The notes beneath the pieces are model-generated. The model was not told the origin of the DNA. It saw nothing but the letters and a program-made list of their open reading frames with translations, and did no database searches. Shown here one piece after another: positions 15,001-25,151 of a stretch of DNA of 64,000 bases; within the stretch, counting starts at the first letter, position 1; each line of letters begins with the position of its first letter. The position numbers were made by a program, and so were the translations under genes. This stretch comes from Oculina patagonica. Its lineage: Eukaryota. The stretch is taken from positions 5,456,001 to 5,520,000 of the forward strand of contig NC_135767.1 in NCBI RefSeq assembly GCF_052425735.1, read 5' to 3'.

Positions 15001-17076
15001 TTTGTTCTCAAAGTACGTGCAGAATACCTATACAACTAGCTATACGATTCCAAAACATTTAGGCTGCTGGTTTCAAAATTAACTGAAATCTACCTTTTCA
15101 CCGAAAAATGTTCCGTTACAGTACGCCAGTTCATTACTGAAGCATAAGTTTATTTTTGCACTGCCCGTTTATCTCACTATTGGTGTGATTGCCTTTGTTT
15201 AAGATTCGCGAAGCAGCTTCAAATCTGCCGAAGTATGAGCTATCTGTTCAGCAGGTCAGTTATTGGAAATCAGTCAATGTAATACCAACTCACTGTAATT
15301 TCAAGTAGGTTACTGGATCTAGCCAATCAAGTGGGACGTTTTAACAGTCAAAGACTAGTCAATGATATCTCACGTTTAATCATCTCTTGGCAAAATTCTC
15401 AATTCAATTGGTTCCCCGCAAGCCTTATACCCTCGACTGTAACTGGGCAGTCATCACGAATGAGTTCCTGTCTAGGTGCTGTTTGCGCTAGTACTAACCA
15501 CTAGAATATACCACCTAGTTTTTAGTCTAAAAATGTTCTCAATTATACTATTTAACCTCTTTGTCAATAGAACTTTGTTTTGTACAATTAAGAAGTGCCA
15601 TGCTCGTTATTCGTTTTTTTTTTTGCTCCTCGCGCTTGTCCGATTTTGAATTTGCTTGCTCGATTACATCCTAATCGCAGACTGCTCAGTCCTATTTTCA
15701 TTACTTACAACTCGGAAGCGATGTTTCACTGGTATCTGTAGAAAGTTAATCCCATCTTGTGTTTTGCACAGACTGGAAGACAACAGCCAAACCGTGCAGA
15801 GATAGTTATCACATTAACCATGACAAACTACATGAAACGAAGAGATGCCATTGGCTCGGGACGGAATAGTCATTTTTGTCTTCTGTTGATTGCTGATGCT
15901 GACAATAAAATGGTGTTCAAACAGAGATTAGGGTAACGAAGAGTTAATCTAAAAGATCCAATAAGCATTTTAGACCTTCATTACACTGTATTTACTGATC
16001 TCTGACCTATCACGGACCTCTTCCCGTTTGTTAGGGGATTACCGGTAATCGCATGGCATTACCGGTAATCGCATGGCAAACATAGCGCTAAATGAAGTGT
16101 ATGAGATTCCGTCAAATTGGGTTTTAAAAACATATTTATGGTCTATCTGGTAATAGGTCCCTTTAAATTCGCGATATCCGGCGAAAGATTTTAAGGTCAA
16201 GTTTTGAAACAGTTACTTACTACGGCATGAGCAAAATTAATATTTACCATCTTTACATTATTGCCTTTCTTGAGGCTTTCGACGTTGCCGATCCTAGCAG
16301 AATGCAGGACAGTATGTCATTTGAAAGTAGTCGCTACGAGTCTTCAGTAACTCGGCTAATAAACTGGACATTGTGCGGAAGATCATGGGTTGGACTCACG
16401 TCGGAGTTTCTGTGACCATACTCGTGACAAACTTAATTCAGTTACTTACTTATTTTAAAGACTGTAGATCATGGATTAATAAATTGTCTTTCATTATATT
16501 AATATGAGGTTTTACTCTTTAATTAGGGACTTTGTGTTCGTGAAGGAGGGATACTGGAGTAAGCGAGTAGATATACAACGGGCAGCTGTTCAGTCCCCAG
16601 AACTCAACATACACCTCATCAGTCAAGAATATGGTATCACTGCAGTAGCTTATATTATTAATCACAACAAGACTGTCTAATTAGCAAAAAAAATGTGCAT
16701 GAAGCGGCGAGGAGTGTTGCTTTTTCCCTAAATGTGGTTTATCGTTCTATCGACTCTAGCATCATTAATTTTGCAAATCGGGTTCTGGGTTTCCGTTCCC
16801 TGCTCACTGTTCTGCAATAAACCTGCTGCAGAAGNNNNNNNNNNNNNNNNNNNNNNNNNNNNNNNNNNNNNNNNNNNNNNNNNNNNNNNNNNNNNNNNNN
16901 NNNNNNNNNNNNNNNNNNNNNNNNNNNNNNNNNNNNNNNNNNNNNNNNNNNNNNNNNNNNNNNNNNNNNNNNNNNNNNNNNNTTTTGCAAACCGGGTTCT
17001 GGGTTTCCGTCCCCTGCTAACTGTTCTGTAATAATCCTGCTGCAGAAGACGAATAAAGAATCAGTTGTTGTTGTTT

Positions 17077-17113
<37 letters not shown>

Positions 17114-20100
17114 CGATGACGAGAATAACCACCCATTGCGAAAAAACGTCAATTAAAAAAAGCTTGTATGATACTTAAATGTCACTAAGGATGAGTTGTT
17201 TCTTTTTTCAGTTGGTTTGGATGTGAGTAAAACCTTTACACCTCACTACAGTGGCGTCGGTCCGTTTCTTATCGTAAGTATAACTAATACCGTGAAACCC
17301 TGCCTCATCTTATTACGGCCATTTTATTTTTGCTCGAGCGAAAGCTCAGTCAGACATATTATCAAACAGCCACACTTGCGGCCAGATTTTTGTAGCCTGT
17401 TCAGTGATAACCAAATTAACGGGACTCCTATTCTGGCCCTGTAGAAAACTAGTACTGCAAATCGAAACATTGGCCATTAAAAGGCCTTCCTATCCTCATT
17501 TCCGTCGTACTAGGCTTACAGTGTAAGTTACTTCTAACTCTGTTGCATTTTATTTCTATACTGTCTTAAATCCTAGTACGGGTAACTACTCTATAAAACG
17601 GCTTTACGTAAAGTCAAACCAATTTATTCACGACAATTTGATTCAGACTACGAGTTAACATCCAGCGGTCTTCTTTTTCAAAAACAGATGAAAAGAGAGC
17701 CACAAGCAAATATTCCTAAGAACGTGAAAAAGGTTGCATCCAGTTCAGGTAACTGTAGAAATAGTCAATGGTTCTCATGTTTTATAGATATAATTGCCTG
17801 TTAAAACAAAAAATCTGGTGTTACACACTTTCGACAATTATCGCTAAAATAATAAACATTTTCATTTGATCAGAAACGACAAGTGGCCCTTCATCCAAAG
17901 TAGGGACGCCTAGGATTCCTTGCAGTCACCGCTGCCTCAACAAGGAAATATATCCTTTGACTCCTTTGATTTAAGCGGCCTTTGAGTTTTGATTTCGTCC
18001 GTTAATTTAGTCCTGACGATTCAAAAAATTATAAAACTATCACTATTTTACTTATCAGACCGTTGCTCATGTTCACTTTACGTACGACAACCGTTTGTTA
18101 TAGCTACCCCATAACACCCGCCTCCTCCGCCGTGGATGGGAAGCATTGCTGGCTATTAACGCCCTCCTCCATCACTACCTTGCATTTTTATTGTCAAGTA
18201 ATGTTTCATTGTCCACTGGCACTCAGTTTTAAACTTAATTGAAGAAAAGGGTAAAGGGACTTAGGTGCTATACAATCCAGTCTCTTGTCGAAAAGGCAAC
18301 GACATTGACCACCCTAAAACCAGTGGCGGATCCAGACCTTCAGGTAAGTGGGGCCCAATCATTCAGACCCTGGAAAATAAGGGCGGCCTGCTCTCAAAAA
18401 TAATTTTTCTCGGCCCTTCGGGCCTCAGTATGGCTTAAAAATAAGGTGGGGCCCGGGCTCCCTGGGCCACTCCCCTAGATCCGCCACTGCTGTTAGTTCC
18501 CTACGCCTTCCACTCATAAGCTGGTCGACGTGGTAGCAAAAAAACTTCTCCAATAATAATTAAACGTAATTTCCTTAATACAACACACATGTGGGCACGA
18601 ATGCTGCAAAGAAGGCGTCGTCTCCAAAGCTAGGAAAAGGAAGCCAGAAGTAAGCTGACATGTTGTCATGCCTTGTGTTGCTTTGCGTTGTTTTTCATTA
18701 TTTCAGGCTAACAGGATTGGTTAATACTTGACTTGACTGCCTTGTAAATTCAATTCCAGTAAAGACAAAAACGTATTTCCTTAACCCCCTTCCCTTAAAC
18801 GCCGAACCGCACATATCTGTGCGGAAAACACCAGCAGTGATTTAAAAATCTGCAGCTTTCACATATCTGGACACAGGGTAGTAATGATCAGCGGTATGCA
18901 AGTCTACCTGCCTCCATTTTATATATATTTTATAAGTGTCGAGCCACCCAATCCTACCGGCAAAATATTGCACTAATTGCGTTCTTTAGAAGCTAAAAGG
19001 CGTAAAAATTGCCTTGGCAAGTCTCGGAAACCATTCATAGAACGGCCAGAGACAGCTTCACTCACGAACCACCATTTCTCGCTAAGAATAGTTTTGGCGT
19101 TTCAATCACCATCAAATCATCTCTCATCTCTGTTTTTTTTTTTTCAGATATTTGCCTCTACAGTGTACCACCATTTTAGCTTAATAATGCCAGCCTAGGG
19201 ATTTCTGCTGTGGAAAATTATGACTCATAGAAACACTTATAAACCAAACACTTGCCAGATTCGAGCTTGCGTACGCTGACGTCGCAATGAAAATTTGAGC
19301 CCTCTGTGTCTTGAAACTTCATATATTTTTACTTAAGCTTTTTATATGCAAACACGACTTTCGAAAATGAGTTTCATTTTGACTTCCCTCTTATTTTAAC
19401 TTATGCGTTTCATATTGAGTTCCCTCTTGTTTAAACTTGTTCGTTTAATTTTGAGTTCCCTTATGTTTTAATAATTTATAACTGTGTTAAATTTTGAGTT
19501 CCCTCTTGTTTTAACTTATGCTTTTCATTTTGAAATCCCTAATGTTTTAACTTTTTCGTTTCATTTTGAGTTCCCTCTTGTTTAACTTGTGCGTTTTATT
19601 TTGAGTTCCCTTGATTGAAACGCTCAAAACTATTCTTAGCGAGAAATGGTGGTTCGTGAGTGAAGCTGTCTCTGGCCGTTCTATGAATGGTTTCCGAGAC
19701 TTGCCAAGGCAATTTTTACTTGTGCGTTTCATTTTGAGTTCCCTTGTTTAACTTGTGCGTTTTTTTTTTAGTTCCCTCATGTTTTAAAATTGTGCGTTTC
19801 ATTTTGAGTTCCCTCGTGTTTTAAAATTGTGCGTTTCATTTTGAGGTCCCTAATGTTTTAAGTTGTGCGTTTCGTTTTGAGTTTCCTCATGTTAAACTTA
19901 TGCATTTCATTTTGAGTTCCCTCTTGTTTTAACTTGTTCGTTTCATTTTGAGTTTCCTCATGTTTAACTTGTGTGTTTCATTTTGAGTTCCCCTTGTTTA
20001 ACTCGTGCATTTCATTTTTGAGTTCCCTCTTGTTTTAACTTGTGCGTTTCATTTTGAGTTCCCTCATGTTCACTTTATGCGTTTCATTTTGAGTTCCCTC

Positions 20101-23100
20101 ATGTTTTAAATTGTGAGTTTCATTTTTGCCTCATGTTTTAAGTTGTGCATTTCATTTTGAGTTTCCTCATGTTTAACTTGTGCGTTTCATTTTGAGTTCC
20201 CTAATGTTTTAACTTTTTCGTTTCATTTTGAGTTCCCTCTTGTTTAACTTGTGCGTTTCATTTTGAGTTTCCTTGTTTAACTTGTGCGTTTCATTTTGAG
20301 CTCCCTTGTTTAACTTGTGCATTTCATTTTGAGTTTCCTCATGTTTAACTTGTGCGTTTCATTTTGAGTTCCCTAATGTTTTAACTTTTTCGTTTCATTT
20401 TGAGTTCCCTCTTGTTTAACTTGTGCGTTTCATTTTGAGTTCCCTTGTTTAACTTGTGCATTTCATTTTGAGTTTCCTCTTCTTTTAACTTGTGCATTTC
20501 ATTTTGAGTTTCCTCTTGTTTTAACTTGTGCGTTTCATTTTGAGTTCCCTCTTGTTTTAACTTGTGCGTTTCATTTTGAGTTTCCTCATTTTTAAAGTTG
20601 TGCGTTTCAATTTGAGTTCCCTCATGTATTAAGTTGTGAGTTTCACCGATTTTGAGTTCCCTCATGTTTTAAGTTGTGGATTTCATTTTGAGTTTCCTCA
20701 TGTTTAACTTGTGCGTTTCATTTTGAGTCCCCTTGTTTGACTTGTGCTTTTCATTTTGAGTTCCCTCTTGTTTTAACTTGTGCGTTTCATTTTGAGTTCC
20801 CTTGTTTAACTCGTGCATTCCATTTTGACTTCCCTCTTGTTTTAACTCGTGCATTCCATTTTGACTTCCCTCTTGTTTTAACTTGTGCGTTTCATTTTGA
20901 GTTCCCTCTTATTTTAACTTGTGCGTTTCATTTTGAGTTTTCTCATGTTTATCTTGTGCGTTTCATTTTGGGTTCCCTATGGTTTTAACTTGTGCGTTTG
21001 ATTTTGAGCTCCCTCTTGTTTTAACTTGTACGTTTCATTTTGAGTTCCCTTAAATTTTAACTGTTTTAACGTTACCACAGAAAGCTTAAAACAGTTACGT
21101 TTTATTTTTATAGATGGAACGGGATGAAGGACCAAATCGTTTACCATTGAAGGGTACTTCAACTAAAGGTAAATTGATTTAAATCCAGAAATCGCATTGT
21201 TGTAAGGGATTTTAAAACGGTTGATTTGATTGGCTAGATTTGAATTTTTTGGTTAAAAATCTAGGCAATCACACCTTGTGTCCCCAGAGCCACTTGTTCC
21301 TCGTGCCCCAGGCTTTGCCGGCTAAGAGGGACGAGCGGCTGTGGGGACGAGAATGAAAAGAAGGACCGCTTGCTATACAAGCTATGCGCAATTGTTGAAA
21401 AAGATGTAGTGACCTTATTGGAAGAAATACGTTAACCCTATACTACCCAAAATTAAACCACAACAAGCCTGCTCTGCTTAGTTGGTTTCGCTAACTTAGA
21501 CTATGTTCAGCATTAATTTGTATTTACTATACTCTTTATGCGTTACAGATGCAGTGAGAAAGAATGCAGAAGAAAAAAGTAACATGAATATGTTCTTAAA
21601 GAACCTTCACCAAAGAACTCAAGCAATTCCTGGCACGCCAGCCAAACGCTTGAAGGTAACTGCCGAGTGTTTGTAGCTCACTGATACCATGTCATACCGT
21701 GTTTCGTTTATCCGGTCAAAAGTGAAAATATTTTTCTTAACCTACGATCAGGTGTTCTGTATTGCACGATGAAAATGACGCCTGATGGCAGGTTATATTT
21801 TTCTCAGCTTTACCGACCTCCTATTGCGTTGTTTGCAATGTTCACATATATTTCAAAAGGTACAAGTAAAGGTTAACATACCACTGGCATTCGATTAGAA
21901 AAAGCTTCTTTTACTACTTTAAAAACCATATAGGATAGACATAGTCAAACAAAATTTCTGATGGTAACTTAATTCAACCAACGTACTTTCAGTTTACATG
22001 TTACTTTTAATAATCATGTGGAGTATTCATGTAGGTTTATAGTGTTCTCCACTTTTTTATCATTGAGATGTCAGCGCCCGAGACTGGAGAAACCAATTTT
22101 GTGGATTTAACTCTTGATGAAAGATTTGGTTACACTCGCAAGAGCCCTTTTCACCATGATGTGGATAGCTACAGAGTGAAGAGCGAGGACCATGTTAAGA
22201 AGAAACATCTTGGTGAAAGTTGTTGGGAAGAGATTGAGTGGCACAAACGGCAAATGGAAGAACAGCAAGATATGGGTGAAGATTATACAGACGATGGTAA
22301 ACATGTCTGTTATTGCTCTTACGTTTTAGCACCCTTGTCTTCTTTTTTAAAAGTCTACGCGCCCTTTTCCTACGTGTCGTGGAAGGTACACCCAATCAAA
22401 TGCTGTGTCATTTGCTTGTTCCAGGCGTTCGTTTCGTTGGGGAGCAGCGCGAAAAACGGGATATAGCGCGAAGAAAGGCGATTGGCAAAAATGGTGAGGG
22501 GTTGGGACGAGTTCGCCTTCTCCTCCCTCACCCCTTCCCTTTGTTTTCCTTCGCCGTTTTTTGCGCTCCCCCCCCCCTCCCCCCTCCGCTAACCAAACGT
22601 CTGGAACAGCCTAATGTAATGGTTTATCGTGGCATACCGTGAATTACATTCTCCCATCCCTAGTTCTAACAAATGCTTCTTCAAAATTTCGCGTAGTTTG
22701 CTTATTGCTGTTGTTGTTGTTTTTAAAAAGAGGCTCTGAGAATAATTAACAATTATCCTGCGAAATCGCGCGGAATATCGCCTGATACTTAGCCGACGAG
22801 GCCGTAGGCCGAGTTGGCTAAAATCAGACGATATTCCGCAAGATTGAGCAGGATAATTGTTTTATTATTCAACAAATTGTCAACGAAACACATTTTGCAG
22901 ATAGAAAAACTGTAATTATGCAGCGCTTTACAAGTTTTCGGACGAATCTTCGCAACCTACGTATATCGCAGGATATCTGTTATGTACGGATGACAGATAA
23001 CGTTAACATTTTGACCATATATGGGCAGCGCGCGCATGTGTTGAATAATAAGACATGTTAGATGACTTATACGCCGTAAAGTATAATAAACTGCTCATTT

Positions 23101-24845
23101 GAAACAAGATTGATAACTGAAACTTTCTTTTATTTCATCAGATCACTTAGCTGATGAGCTACCCTGTTTCAGTGTCGACGAGTTGTGGAATGATGACGAA
23201 CTAGCCTCGATTTTAAATGATGATAATGATACGTTCGCTAGCCCACCAAATCCATACTCATGGGGAAGGGGAAACAAAGTGTCACAGTCTCACTACTACG
23301 AATTGACTGCTCCAGAAAGATGTCAGAAGAAGTCAAATGTCAAAAGTCAAACAATCAAAACTCAGATGTCAGATGAAGTCAAAAGGCCACCGTCAAGAAG
23401 TTCACAGTTTCTAACAGGCTCAACACCGAAAGTAACAAAAGGCACCTCTTTGTATGTAAGTAGCAGTCAGCCAAAGGGGAATCCGAGAAGAATTTTGTAT
23501 CCTTTGCCTCCCCCACCACCCACCCCTGGAGCGGATGATTTTGAGATGACAAGTCAAACATGGCCCGCAAGGCGTGCATACAGTGGCAATTGGGATGAAG
23601 AACTGCCAAACCCTGACACCACTGAGAGAATCACCCAGCGACAAAAATGGAGCTCACTAACACTTGATCCTCTACGGGACATGTTGGAGAAGGAAAACTG
23701 GGGTATTTTTCCTGAGTTTACTAAACCTTGTCATCAGAGAAACACTTCAAGCGCAAACCAGGAAACACACAATCCGACGAATCTTGAAAGCCCGTTGAGC
23801 GCAACTTACTTGGATCCCTTAGCGATGCAAGAAGGAATTTGCTTGGAAGAAGAGAGCGCGTCTGCAATCGATAGTCATTTCAGCACAGACCGATGTAAAC
23901 AAAGGTAACGCGAGCTATCGTGATCAAATTCATGGAATTCAGCTTACAGCCTAAATTAACATACGCTTCTTTTAGCGCGCGCACAATTTTCCCCGCTAGA
24001 GCGTCATCACGGCGTTGTACTTCAAGGGTCTTTCTTATTGTGATCGTTCAGGGACTAAACTGGAGGGTTACATTGACTGTGCAACAACCCAAACACATCA
24101 CAATGATGTTATGTAAATTACACGTATGCTGATTTGCATCACTGGGTTTGTGTTGAATGAATTTTTATTTTGAAACTTTCTCCTTTCTTTGCAGCCCCAT
24201 CTCTTCTTCGTTCTTCTGTTCCAAATCATTTAAAAGGTAAGTTCCCAGTTAACGTCAATGCTACATCACAGATCAAAGTGCTTATGTCACGGAAATGATG
24301 AAACTGAAATCGTACAGTTCGGCATTCTGAAAGGCAGGACTGATTACTGTGTAACTGACTGTATCAAGAAGAACAAGGAAACATCTACACTGCCTTTAGC
24401 TTGCTTACGTGAGAAAAAAACTTCTTAATAAGAAACATAAAACTGACATAATAGCACGGGAAACGATATTAAAAAGAAACATAGTGGTTGGTGTTCTCTA
24501 ATACGAACGACCGTAACACGACCTAATAGCTTCAGAAGACGACAAGTTTCGTTTTTTCCAGTGGTTAATGCAATGATTTAGGAACTGTATGTACTCCAGC
24601 GAACTTGTAAGGTCGTGAACAGTATACCTCAGCGTTCTGTCCCGCCACATTTGTTTAATGCGTTCCAATTTATTCCCTCATTGACAAGCATTTTAAATTG
24701 CCTACGTTACTTGTGTGATTGATAACATGAGTACTGTACGACCTGTACGGCAAACTAATTCCGCTTGGTACTTTCTTTTTATAGCAGTGAAAAGGAACAC
24801 GAGGAACAAGACGCCTTCGCGGGGATTTTCAATGGATTGTTGTAA
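1..24845 (+). CDS. HFM1: ATP-dependent DNA helicase HFM1/MER3 (Ski2-like SF2 DEVH helicase, Sec63/Brl domain, C-terminal Zn finger); 5' end lies upstream of the window; 36 exons
   Basis: Phase-consistent exons: 1-61, 624-797, 1300-1346, 1588-1741, 5454-5542, 5848-5891, 6327-6428, 6549-6574, 6767-6886, 7473-7520, 7996-8042, 8572-8705, 9150-9197, 9675-9755, 10032-10123, 10206-10312, 10908-10955, 11063-11126, 11576-11609, 13651-13732, 13818-13864, 14217-14302, 14394-14426, 15204-15254, 15772-15932, 16527-16633, 17212-17273, 17688-17748, 17874-17949, 18589-18649, 21114-21168, 21549-21655, 22068-22296, 23142-23904, 24195-24236, 24785-24845. Motifs: LIDE|VH, ISATIPN, RPVKL, FCSTRK, YHHAGL, ATSTLAVG|VNLPAH, QMIGRAGRPQ|FD, LIEHLNAEI, LWENS, CSHRCLNKEICGHECCK, PAKRLK, terminal GIFNGLL* (recalled HFM1-like ending). 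Confidence 0.95.
304..524. mobile_element. Degenerate MITE-like element (possibly Harbinger-type)
   Basis: Imperfect inverted ends taagcccggat... and ...gatcgagcttta; internal aactctc/gagagtt repeats. Confidence 0.35.
880..1080 (+). repeat. Penelope-like pLTR remnant with a degenerate hammerhead-like core
   Basis: ctgagga...gctcgaaacgttagc followed by ttaacaacttctagttgataa and gacgcagcacaacagttctttagaaact; resembles an abundant cnidarian PLE terminal repeat (from recall, not searched). Confidence 0.5.
2440..3306 (+). mobile_element. Decayed DIRS/Ngaro-type tyrosine-recombinase retrotransposon fragment (RNase H plus start of YR)
   Basis: ORF 2471-3046 has DIRS-type RNase H motifs: FSTDAC, LEALA, VFCDNAAVV, HLSGEENRAADLLSR. 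The downstream frameshifted reading DRDLRDLWRDLKVTRKAAFAAG/THKNHLTQWRIYLLFC...SVRNYLSGVK resembles the N-terminal SAM-like domain of YR integrases. It lies in HFM1 intron 4. Confidence 0.85.
3494..4904. repeat. Large inverted repeat / foldback element (arms ~3494-4150 and ~4250-4904, spacer ~100 bp)
   Basis: cacaggcttaccatccaatgtttg... at 3494 is the reverse complement of ...caaacattggatggtaagcctgtg ending 4904. Mirror ORFs 3954-4166(+)/4161-4445(-) and 3441-3632(+)/4766-5014(-) are near identical. Confidence 0.95.
6928..7299. mobile_element. Non-autonomous DNA transposon, Kolobok-like
   Basis: ttaa-agggacactgtca ... tgacagtgtccctt-gtaa terminal inverted repeats in a TTAA-like context. Confidence 0.6.
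11985..13130 (+). mobile_element. 5'-truncated Penelope-like retroelement (RT C-terminus plus GIY-YIG endonuclease)
   Basis: ORF 11989-12960: RYVDD, IAFLD, VYRKTTHTSKYLDFHSHSP, IPYVKG, GIVYKVTCRTCSFAYVGESKRS (GIY-YIG with CxxC), FLESL; a pLTR-like 3' region follows. Confidence 0.92.
13007..13049 (+). ncRNA. Putative minimal hammerhead ribozyme in the Penelope terminal repeat
   Basis: attct-CTGAAGA-a-gaccgc-agaag-gcgatc-GAAA-attt-agagt: CUGANGA and GAAA core boxes, stem II (one mismatch), stem I attct/agagt, palindromic aaattt in place of stem III. Confidence 0.55.
14689..14859. mobile_element. hAT-like MITE (CAGTGGCG...CGCCACTG family)
   Basis: TIRs cagtggcgtatc / gatccgccactg; a second copy lies at 18321-18489. 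Confidence 0.75.
16835..16982. other. Assembly gap (148 N)
   Basis: Run of N; about 65 bp on each side are near-duplicates. Confidence 0.99.
16983..17121 (+). repeat. Probable non-LTR retrotransposon 3' tail ending in a (GAT)n microsatellite
   Basis: ...gaagacgAATAAAgaatcagttgttgttg followed by (gat)n. Confidence 0.5.
17950..18588 (+). other. U12-type (minor spliceosome) AT-AC intron of HFM1
   Basis: 5' end ATATCCTTT; branch point TTCCTTAAT at 18571-18579; 3' end AC. Splicing restores CLNKE-I-CGHECCK in frame. Confidence 0.9.
18321..18489. mobile_element. hAT-like MITE, same family as 14689-14859
   Basis: TIRs cagtggcggatc / gatccgccactg; shared internal sequence (aaataatttttctcggcccttcgggcct). 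Confidence 0.75.
19365..21055. repeat. Minisatellite array, ~32-37 bp unit (ttttgagttccctcttgttttaacttgtgcgtttca), roughly 45 copies
   Basis: Direct tandem units are visible; they give spurious GTQNETHKLKQE repeats in minus-strand ORFs. The array lies in an HFM1 intron. Confidence 0.95.
22745..23050. mobile_element. Non-autonomous element with a long terminal palindrome; related copies at ~36020-36280 (reverse) and ~37085-37890
   Basis: aattatcctg...cgcggaatatcg...gaggccgtaggccgag...cgatattccgcaagattgagcaggataatt hairpin; shared tail tacggatgacagataac...tgaccatat. Confidence 0.7.
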
Positions 24846-25145
24846 ACCAGGAAATGGAGCGAATACCCGAGAGAGCCAATCAATTTGATTGAATCAGATT
24901 TGTTATCCACGCTATTTGAAAAAGAGTTATAGCTAAATTGTCCAGTGATTTCCGACTAAATTATACAACAACGCTGACTGCTACTAAACAAGAACGCAAT
25001 TTTGCACTTGAAAAGATTCGCGCAAACCTTCACCCGTTAAACATTTGATAACTGGCGTTAGCAAACAAGCAATATAGTTTCGGGATAAAATAATCGCAAC
25101 CTCAAACTCATTTCCAATAATTTATTTTATTCTATTTTGGAAACC

Positions 25146-25151
25146 AATAAA
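25146..25151 (+). promoter_or_regulatory. Candidate polyadenylation signal of HFM1 (second AATAAA at 25248)
   Basis: AATAAA about 300 nt after the TAA stop at 24843-24845. Confidence 0.5.

Noticed and set aside
16768-17048. Direct repeat flanking the N gap
   Set aside because: Near-identical sequence on both sides of a gap most likely reflects unmerged contig or haplotype overlap.
19365-21055. Array as a CRISPR, or as a repetitive protein (GTQNETHKLKQE ORFs)
   Set aside because: There are no unique spacers, unit lengths vary and shift frame, it lies in a eukaryotic intron, and no cas genes are present.
25121-25151. Overlapping 3' ends of convergent HFM1 and TBC1D30 (AATAAA on both strands)
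   Set aside because: The region is AT-rich, so such hexamers arise by chance, and TBC1D30 UTR length cannot be determined from sequence.
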